DNA of 64,000 bases from positions 1-64,000 of the forward strand of contig KZ538200.1 in the NCBI GenBank assembly GCA_000934665.2, written 5' to 3'. The translations under genes were made by a program, and so were the position numbers. The notes beneath the pieces were generated by a model. It did no database searches, was not told where the DNA came from, and saw only the letters and a list, made by a program, of their open reading frames with translations. This stretch comes from Catajapyx aquilonaris. Its lineage: Eukaryota. Below are positions 1 to 9,388 of this stretch, piece by piece; position 1 is the first letter of the stretch, and every line of letters begins with the position of its first letter.

Positions 1-8
1 AAATGGAA

Positions 9-390
9 CCTCTAGGCCTGGGGAACATTCTTGCCAAAATCCCAAAATGCAAAGTTAAAAATGGTTCAAAACGCTTAGGTCCAGGACCAGGTTGGCAACA
101 CCGCATAACTCCTGACCTAAGGAGCCGATCAAGTGCCGCCATGTCTCAAACGACTCCTACAGGCCTAGGGAACATATGTGCCAAGCGGCACCTTCTTATC
201 ACAAAATGCAACGTTAAAAACACTCAGGTCATCCCCGGCCATGTTGGCAACACCGCATAACTCGTGACCTAAGGGGCCGATCAGTTGCCTGCAACTCTGG
301 AATTGCTCCTATAGGCCTAAGGAACATATGTGCCAAGTGGCACCTTCTTATCCCAAAATGCAAGGTTAAGACGCTTAGGGCCCAGACTAG
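9..390. repeat. Degenerate tandem repeat, about 150-bp unit, about 2.5 copies (probably internal to a transposon; may continue left of the window)
   Basis: Recurring blocks 'cct..aggcct..ggaacat..tgccaa' (about 9, 156, 308), 'caaaatgcaa.gttaa' and 'gttggcaacaccgcataactc.tgacctaagg.gccgatca' (about 91 and 243). The array ends in 'cccagactag'. Confidence 0.8.
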
Positions 391-411
391 TAGATGTACA
401 GTACAACTCAC

Positions 412-827
412 CATCTCAGCTTTGTCTTCCGACATTTTCTGTCCGCCAAGCTTTTGAACGTGAGCTTTTTGACGCTCCAGCACAGCATGGATACCATACT
501 TTGCTGCCGGTTTGGGCTCTTCTGGTCTAAGTGAGGGTTTCCTCTTTGGCAACTGTAAAAAAAACAGACACGTACGTACAAAACTGTACTAACCAACATT
601 CAGTATGAGGAACTTACATTTCTCTGGTTCAACTCTAGGACAGCCTCTTTGTCAGGCTCATCTTCCGGTTTATGGGAGCGCAGATAGTTCCAGTAAGTGT
701 CCCAGAAATGGTCTTCATCTTTGAAGTACTTTATATAGGAGCCCATAGTGCACACGTGTGTATTGCACGTCTGCACACTTCGAAGACTTAACTTGGAATG
801 TTTGGCACATGGCCTGTTGCTTAGGAA
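412..827 (-). CDS. Partial spliced gene of unknown function (two putative exons, 827-618 and 552-412; continues left)
   Basis: Exon 827-618 lies between 'ctccag' and 'gtaagt' and is open for 70 codons (FLSNRPC...MGSYIKYFKDEDHFWDTYWNYLRSHKPEDEPDKEAVLELNQRN). Exon 552-412 lies between 'tttttacag' and 'gtgagt' and is open for 47 codons (LPKRKPSLRPEEPKPAAKYG...KAEM). All junctions are phase 0. No family recognised. Confidence 0.5.
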
Positions 828-1085
828 CTGGAGACATTAAACAATGTTGCCATCGTCATGGTTCCATGTGACAACTCTCAAAGGATGAAACAATGTCAAA
901 CGACGAAAAGACTAACGTGCAATAAAACATGTCATGCAACAAAAATTTCTTGACACCTGAAATGACGGTGGCATGTAACGTGCACAATGTCTCATTGATC
1001 AAACAGGAAGGAAGTAGACAGGCATCTACAGCATAAAACTGCAACGTAGGATGATTTCAGATTTTGTGTAACCTCGGAACTCGTC

Positions 1086-1755
1086 ATGAAGGTAATGTAT
1101 TCTCTGTTATTTTCATGCTGGATGCTAAATGTGTTCTACACTCAAGTTCAGACATGGGTAAGTTAGAATGCGACTAATTTCCTTGCATAGTGCTCTTGAC
1201 TAGCTTTGGTTTAAATATCTGTTTTAGTGTCCCATTGTCAATGAAGATGATTTAGGGGAGTGCAATCGAAGTGTTGTAAGTAGAGTCGCAGAAATCACAG
1301 CTTTCAAAACCTAAAATTAACTTAAAATTCATGCTACTACGAATTTCATTTGCAGTGTTACAATAAGTGCCTGGTTGAAAAAATACGAGTGGTAAGTACA
1401 CTGTGCGAAATTACTGCAGTACTACGTAGTACATTTGAGTATTCCATATGAAAAAATTGACTCGGTTGTACGTTTGTTCCATAATTAAGCTGAATGAAGA
1501 TGGTACTGTTGACTCTGAATTACTGGCAAGGGCTTTAGATGATTGTAACCAAGGTTTATCCCCTGAAGCTCAACTCACTCCGGAAGAAAAGAAATGCATG
1601 GATGAAAAAGGTGGGTGACATTTCTAATTCTTATGTTCCATCCAGTATTAAACAAAATGACATTTAAAACATGACTTTCAGGTATGGAATGCAAGCCTGA
1701 TAACTGCACTACATATGGCAATGTATTTGACTGCTTTAAGCGTATCCCGGCATAA
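1086..1755 (+). CDS. Odorant-binding protein (PBP/GOBP-like), 116 aa, 5 exons: 1086-1157, 1228-1275, 1356-1391, 1490-1610, 1682-1755
   Basis: All four introns are GT-AG and the frame is continuous: MKVMYSLLFSCWMLNVFYTQVQTW|CPIVNEDDLGECNRSV|CYNKCLVEKIRV|LNEDGTVDSELLARALDDCNQGLSPEAQLTPEEKKCMDEK|GMECKPDNCTTYGNVFDCFKRIPA*. Exon 1 encodes a signal-peptide-like segment. The Cys spacing C-X15-C-X3-C-X42-C-X12-C-X8-C and the 'NEDGTVD' turn match insect OBPs. Confidence 0.85.
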
Positions 1756-2307
1756 AACTCTGTACTGGTGTTAGTAGGTGCGCCGGTCGGAGTACATATA
1801 ATTTATTATTATCAGTGGTCTGGAGACATTCCGAAAATTAAAAATCACCTGAATATTGCAGATGTATTGGAAACAATAATATACCTTGATAAGACCAACT
1901 TCCCAGAAATGTGTTTCATGATCATGTTACGTGACCTTGCGTACAGTGCAGTGTGAATGTGTCCGTTTCATTCGTGTCCTGACACTTCCTCCTATCCATG
2001 CGAGGCAATACGTCACAAATTCACGGTCACAGGATTCTCACGTAATCTAAGCAGTCAAGTGACGATGACGCATGTGTGTAGTTACATTTCCCCTCATTTC
2101 CAATTAATTAGGTTACACTGTACACACATGTTACACTATCTTGAATAAATATTGGACCATAGGGCAGGGTATATTCACTTTCTTACAGAATACACCATAC
2201 CGTCCTGTAAACAGGGCCGCTTAACGTATAACATACAGTATCCAACTACTTCTGTAAACTATCAGGTTCAATATAATTAACACTTGCAACATGACTTGCA
2301 ACTAATG

Positions 2308-3795
2308 CTAATCAGTGCTGTTTATCCCACGTAAGCTTCCTTGAGTTTCTTCTTCTGTGCTTCTGAACTGAGCCAGGACTATCATGTATGTTGTCACTCC
2401 GCCTGCCACCTGCAGTACATGAGGTGCACAGTTGGTTACAAACAATGAAGAACCAGAAGAAAGGTTTGTTGATGAGAACTTACGGAAATCAACACGGCTC
2501 GGTTTATAGGGAAGAAATTGGCTGCCGTTATTTGCACTGGAGAAGCACTCATTTTCCATATTATCGAGTTAACCTTTGAAAACAAAAGGTCACAATGTCG
2601 GGATGTTACAATCGTTAGCATTAACTCTCTATACACTGCTCATAATTAAGAAATTACGAATAATACGTAGTCGTAGAAAACAATTTCACGGTATTGTATA
2701 CAATGTTCATTTTACACACCTGTGCTTGAGAAGCAGGATTAAGATCCAAAAGCCGCACTTCTAATAGGGCATCCAATGATGCGGTAGCCTGTGTAAAGAA
2801 AATAATAAGCTAAAATAACACATTGTGAAGCTAAGCTAAAGCACCAACAAACGTGAATAATAAAGTGTGTCATGACTTACCTGACATTGTATGCTGTCTG
2901 CATAGTAGGTGACGAGACATCCCCTGGATAAGTTTCCAATCAGACATACACATATTAGAAGTTTCCATGATATGCCATATGAATTCCAGTGATAAATAAC
3001 GTTAAACACTCCGATGACAACATTCAATACAAACAGTGCAAAAATGATGCATAAGTTTAGGCCAAATAATGCGCTCGTTTCTTCGGTCAACTTGCAAAGC
3101 TTGAAGTAAATGTGCCCTATATTTGAAAATCTATCAGCTGAAGCGGCATGTCTGAAGAAGGTTACAGTTGGAATGAAAATGTTACGATAATTAGAGCAGA
3201 TGGACTTGACTGTCTCGTTGAACCAATTAAACGTGATTCCGATGGCCGCAAAAATGAAGCACAACTGCCCAAGAAGCAGGTTCGACACAATATCAGATTG
3301 GAAAGCAAAAATAACTACGTGCCACCCATAAACATGGGAATAATTGGCGACAACTAATGCCGCAACTAAAATAGATTCCAATACGGACAAAATGACGACC
3401 TTCCACGCAAAATTACGAAGGTAATAGTTTCCTTCAACACCTGCGACAGCACCAAGTTGGTTGGACTCCTGCAGAATATTTCTAATTTGCCTCCACTTGC
3501 TAGTCAGTAATAAGGCGTTGATCATATCAAACACTAGTTTTAAGACGAACATGACTTCCAACACGTTTGTGGTCCCCCAGCCGGAAAGTGACATTGCATT
3601 CCAAATAACCATAAATAACATGGTGAGAAAGTACATCATGTTAACAAGAGTGGTCCATCTGTGTGTAATGGGGAGTGTTGATGGATAGAGTGGCCAGGAC
3701 CACAGGCCAAAAAGAGCAGATACACAAGCAAGAGGATGAAAGGACCAGTATGCATCTGGTACCACACGATTGGATCTACGTAGCACACTTGGCAT
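2308..3795 (-). CDS. Gustatory receptor (7tm chemoreceptor, GR family), about 391 aa; exons 3795-2881, 2788-2720, 2573-2484, 2409-2308
   Basis: A long hydrophobic multi-TM first exon is followed by three short C-terminal exons with phase-0 GT-AG introns, including a 90-nt penultimate exon (VNSIIWKMSASPVQITAANFFPINRAVLIS). The last exon carries the GR signature TYxxxxxQF (TTYMIVLAQF). This is the classic arthropod GR gene architecture. Confidence 0.92.
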
Positions 3796-4155
3796 TTTTC
3801 TGTCGAAGCTCAACTTCACTGCACCTACACAGGAAAAGTCTCTACTGACAGTCTTATAAAGAAACTAGTATGTGACAAAGTTCCATTTGCTTTGGGTCGA
3901 TTTACAACACAAGAACTGACAAGTATGGACACTTTGACAATGCACTTTGCCAGAAATTGTCGTGAGGTGTCATTGTGTACATATGTACATGTAAAGTGGA
4001 TAGTTTTATTACAAAATTCTTGTACAATGAGGCTTCCTTTGATTTACAGGGGCAATAAAATCGGTAATTAAACATTTGCATGCGTATGGTGACATCAACC
4101 CAAATGAACATAATAAGGCCATAAATTCTTAGCTCCTGGGAAATGTATCCAGTGT

Positions 4156-7100
4156 TTATTTATCACTTGAGATCGCTTCAATTTCACGAACTAACTTGTC
4201 ACTAATAATCTTTAAAGCCTCCAATTCATCTTTAAGGTCACTAAATTTTCTAGCAACTTGTGCCAACCCATCACACATTTTGTCTTGAGCATCTTTAATG
4301 TCCCTAACAAGTAATAAACTCTCATTTACTTTAGAGGAAATTTCTACCTGCTGAGTTTCAAACTTGTCTTCTACATCATTCATCTTGACCAAAGTCTGAT
4401 CTAGTTTTGAGCTGAGACCACTAGTTTCCTCCTTCAGAAACGGAATTAACATGGTTTCCAGAGCACTTGAAATGTCTCGTGAAATTTGACTCATCTTTCT
4501 CTCTAGTTCACCCTTTGCCTGCTTAACTTCCTGTCCTATTTCTTGCCTAAAAATTAGTCCGTGTTCTCTGGCCGCTTGAACCTGCTGTTCCAATCCATGA
4601 AGACTCTTCATGGCAACTTCAACGTTCTTCTTTTCCATCTCTTCCTCTGTTTCAAGCTGCTTCCTCTCAATCAGGGCCCTCAAGGAGTCGATTGCCTGTT
4701 TGGGAAGGCTGAAACCCTTGCGTTTGCATTTTCCTTTGGAAAGGTCCACTTTGATTGTTCCTCTTTGCAGCTTAGGAAACAGGAGTATTTTGCTGAGCAC
4801 CATGGTATTCCAGAGTCTTCTCATGTGGCGAAATATGAAGTATTCTTTCCATCTTGAAATTATTAAAATTGTAGTCATGAATCACTTACAGTGCATTGTG
4901 TAACTTACCTTCTCTTGGATGTGCTTAAGTACCGTTGACACACTGGAACAGACGGTCTTCGAAAACAAAATGATTCAGTGTTGCAAATGAATTCCACCAG
5001 TGACAAAAGGCAGTACAACTCAGCCTCTTCTGATATGGCGTTGGTGTCACTCACAGCCAGAGCATTCAGAAGGTTCATCAGAACAATCAGGACCAGGAAT
5101 ACAAACAGGATGAAGACGACGAGGCCAATCTGAGGTAGGACGTTAAAAGGGATGCTGGCAAAGTCAACCTCTCCAACCATCATGACCATGGTTTTTAAAA
5201 TGACCAGTTCTGGATGCTGGAAAAACTTGCTGCATACATTAACATCACTCTCCGGACAGAGGTGGAAGATGAGGTAAAAGGAAAGGACAAATCCGATGAT
5301 GAGAGCCAGGAAAAGGATCAGGAACCAAATGTAATTCTTCAAGACTGTCGAAAACATGGCAACATATCTGGCAAATTTAGGGAATCGTCCAATCAGAAGC
5401 ACAAATTCTATCCAAGCTAGGAGCGTAGCTAGGATAGTAATCTCTCTCTCAGCACCAGCATCCAGCACGGAAGACACACTCAGGATGGCGCAAACAATCA
5501 TCAGAAGTTCCATGTAATTTTCAAAACTTCGAACATAACGTGCTAAAGACGCCCAAAATTGATGTAACTCTTTAATAACTAACGCAATCAGCAGGAACTG
5601 AGTCAATCTTTTAGAGACTAAATGTGCATAACTAATTTCCTCTCTAAAATGGAAATTGCTGGTCGCGTTTAATTCCATCGCTTTTTGAGCATTTTCTAGT
5701 GAAATTGCAAGAAACACCACGTGCACACTCCAGGATATGACAAACATTCCAAATAGCAGGAGATTGAGCCAGAAGAAGGCAGAGGCACAGTGCCACTTGA
5801 GGTATATAAAGCATGCCATCACGGGATGATTGAGCAATTTCACGTTCTTTGGATGAAGTCGAAAGTACTCCAGACGCTCCCATTCGGCCGTGTCGTTGTT
5901 TGGACTCAGTAACTCGAAATTGACCACAACCACTTGAGAAGCATCTTCGTTCGCCTTTACCTGCTTCTGCACACAGTCGTCCAAGTATCGTTCTAATATT
6001 GGCAAAGGCATTTTGTCAACAGGACGTGAACCTTGTTTGTCTCTAAGCCATAAGTTGCCGCCACAATGTAACAGTTTGATGATGGTCGCGGTGTTGAGGT
6101 TGCAGGTGGCATAAAAGATAGGAGTGTGACCTTCGTCGTCTCGAGCATTAACATCAGCACAGTGCCGGGTGTCAGGATGAGACTTGATGTGATCGATGAT
6201 CATGTTGACACACTTGTCATAGTCTTGCGATTTAGAGTTGAGGTTGATCTGAGAAAAAATGCTGTACTTTTCCTTAATGAAGTTGTGAGTTCCTTTGCAC
6301 AGCACGTGCAGGACAGAGGTTCTATGGACAGCCACGTCCATTTGGATCGATTTCTCCTTAAGAAGTGCGGTGATGGAGTTGACGTGTCCCCACGAGGCGG
6401 CTAAAAGTAGAGGTGGGGCTGGACAGCCTGGGCTACTTAGGTTAGGGTCAGCTCCAAGCTTGAGGAGTGTCTCGACACAATTGTTAAGATCTAAGAGACA
6501 TGCTAACTGCAACATTGTATACTGTCCGTCATCATAATTGACATCAACAACTCTCAAAGATCTAAGCAGGAACTTGTGAAAGAGATCATCTCGTTGGCAG
6601 TAAAGCGCTTTAAATATGAAGTCCTTCAGGCTGCCTTCCACGTTCTGTTGAGCTTCCAGCAAGTGTACCAAGTTGGCGTTCTTCGGCAAGTTGTCCATAT
6701 CGCGAGGGTCTGCCATGTGCAATATGAGCGTTTCAATTGCGGAGAAGTTGTTCTCTTGAACTGCTAAACGTAGCGCAGTGTTCCCTCTCCACGACTTCGC
6801 ATTGACCATCACTCTTGGCGAGGCCAGCATGAACTGAAGAACCTCCGATCTGGTCCAGGAAGTGTCGGCTTCCCGGCCTCGTACTGCCAAATGTAACGGA
6901 GTGATTCCGTCGCAGTCATGCGAATTCACTTGCACAGCAATCAAGTCTTCCGAGCTGTCTTCCTTTTCCACATTTCTGTACTGCAGAAGCAGACCTGCCA
7001 CCTGGAGGAATCCGCTTTTGGTGGCCAGATGAAGCGGGATGGCCCCTTTCTTGTTGGCTATTCGCCGGTTGGCCTTTCTCTTGAGGAGCATGCGTGCCAT

Positions 7101-9055
7101 GTCGTAGTGCCCCTTCCTGGCAGCCAAATGCAATGGTGTGTTGCCGTCGTCGTCTGTAGTGTCCAGCTTGGCGTCAGCGCCAAGGGCACGAAGAGCAGCC
7201 TCGATGTCCCCTTCCCTTGAGGCGAGCAAAAGGTGTTCCTTCGGTTTCCGGGGATTGGCAATGTTCATTTCCAACCGACTTGTATCTGACAACCAGTAGG
7301 CCAGCTCGTAACACCGCTTGGCAGCAGCCAAGTCGTATGGACGATGCCGCTTGTTGTTCCTGGCCTTCGGGTCGGCACCTCGTGACACCAGCTCGACAGC
7401 CACCTCCTTGTGGTTGTTGACAGCAGCCAGATGGAGCGGGGTGTTCCCCACAGAGTCACGGGGCTGCACATCCACCACGTGTCCCAGCTGCTGCACGATC
7501 TGCAAGTGCCCCAACTCCGCAGCAATATGAAGAGGGGTTTTACCCTCCTTGTCCATAGCTTCCAGATCAAACTGGCAACTCTGAAGCATCTCCAGCGCTT
7601 CAGGTCGTCCATCTTTGGCAGCCAAATGGACTAGCGTGAAACCACTATTGTTGACCAGAGTGTTCCAGGCTCCCATACTTACCAGCCTCTCCGCCACTTT
7701 AAACTGCCCGTTCTCAACAGCGTCGTGCAACGGCGTGTTTCCAGTAACCTTACTCTGAACCTTCAAGGATGCTCCCCTGCTCAAAAGAAGGTTCACAATG
7801 GGCAGGTGTCCTCTCCAGCAGGCCACATGCAGAGCAGATCTGTTGTCCTTGTCCAGTCGGTCCAGCAAATCTGGAGAGGTGTCCAGCAGCAAGGCCACTG
7901 TGTCTGTCTTGCCTTTGTCTGCGGCCCAGTGCAAGGGAGTCCTGCCATCCAGGTCAAGGCAGGCCACTTCTGCACCACTTAGGAGCAGTTCGGACACCAC
8001 TCCTCCGTGACCTCTCCCTGACGCCATGTGAAGAGCTGTGGCCCCTCGGCGTTCCTTGCTGTTTATGTTGATCTGAAGGTGAAAGTTGTGTTAGTAAACC
8101 ATTCAATTGCAGCATTGCAAGACTCACATCTGAGTTGACCACCAATGTCTTGACGCAAGACATCTGATTTCTGGCCGCCGCCATATGCAGAGGTGTCCTC
8201 CTAAAAGCCTTTTCGGCCACATTGACCTCCGCACCTTTGGCAAGAAGAGATCCCACCACCGCCACGCAACCATTGCTGGCAGCATAATGAAGAGGAGTCC
8301 AACCATGGTTGTTCAAACTGTCCACCTTCGTGTAAATATAGGGTGAGTATAAAAACTGACTTGACTGAGGGCAATACATTTTTTACCCAAATATAATGCC
8401 GAGTCTATAATACATACGGGTTGTTCCGGTAGTTTCAACAGTTCCTCCACCACCCGGTGTTGTCCATCGAACGCTGCCCGGTGCATAGGTGTGCATCCTT
8501 TCCGATCCTTAGCCACCGGATTGGCCCCTGCTTCCAGAAGAATAAGGACCGCTAACAGATGACCTTTAGCAGCCGCAATGTGCAGGGCAGTCAGTGCAGT
8601 CTCAGAGTCCGAGTGATCCACAGCTGCCTTGTGTTCCAGCAGGACACGCATGACATCAATGTGACCTTTATACGCCGCCAGATGCAGGGCTGTATGACCT
8701 CGAGGATCAGTCGAGTCCACTGGAACATTCTCCTGAAGCAGCTCTTGCACCTGATGGGTCTGGCCGCTTCTTGCAGCCAGTCTCAGGACATCTCCTTTAG
8801 TCGCAGGGATGGCAGTCAGTGGGTTGACACCATGAAAGTCAATCACCTATAAATACAGTGTGTTACAATTGCATACATTTTATACAGGACACTTACGTAA
8901 TTTGGCATCAGCAGAGGTGTTTTCACATCCTCCTCCATGACGTTTTGGTGTTCATATTTGGTTGACTTGCTGCTGTCGAATCCTCCTTGGGTCTTGACCA
9001 TCATCATTTCGTTCTCTTCGCTGCTGCCAACCTGCTTCGTCTGCTTCTGGCCCAT
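4156..9055 (-). CDS. pain: TRPA-subfamily cation channel, painless-like, about 1548 aa; exons 9055-8897, 8846-8418, 8325-8128, 8072-4909, 4852-4156
   Basis: GT-AG introns of 50-92 nt join five segments in frame. The product has about 22-24 ankyrin repeats, a pre-S1 segment 'LLNHPVMACFIYLKW', six TM helices, pore region 'KTMVMMVGEVDFASIPF', S6/TRP-like 'IVLMNLLNALAVSDTNAISEEAEL' (resembles Painless) and a C-terminal coiled coil. The TRPA call is strong; the painless sub-assignment comes from motif recognition only. Confidence 0.88.
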
Positions 9056-9294
9056 TTTTAGTGATTTGTACCAAAATGGAAAGTGACTTTCCCCCAGATG
9101 AGTTGTTGACCAAATGTGATAGTTATCTGCTGTGTGTTTACCCTCAGCTGAGCTGTTTCAATGTACACATGTTGGAGAAATTAGCCCTGCCCCAACTATG
9201 TCATCTGTCTAGTGGAATGCACTACAATCCATATCATTGTCACTGTAACAATTGTGCAATGTTATATATAGAATATAGCCAGTCACATGCTTAT

Positions 9295-9388
9295 CTGAAG
9301 AAACCCCATTTCCACCAGCTTATTATCATCCATCTGGCGCCATATGAACGTATTCACAGAAACAATGAATAGAGTGTATCGCACTCAC
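9295..9388 (-). other. Putative 5'-UTR intron of the TRPA gene
   Basis: Minus-strand donor AAG|gtgagt at 9388 and acceptor 'gtttcttcag' at 9295, giving a 94-nt intron similar in size to the other introns of this gene. Confidence 0.4.

Noticed and set aside
3824..4909. TRPA-GR fusion protein by splicing donor 4908 to acceptor 3825
   Set aside because: The donor is phase 2 but the GR frame needs phase 1 at that acceptor, so the product is out of frame.
4905..8846. Assignment as NompC/TRPN or as a bacterial (Wolbachia-type) ankyrin gene
   Set aside because: The channel core motifs are TRPA/Painless-like, and the gene has spliceosomal introns within the ankyrin region.
4561..8852. Numerous short plus-strand and alternate-frame ORFs over the TRPA gene
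   Set aside because: Shadow ORFs of a GC-rich coding region with no independent coding features.
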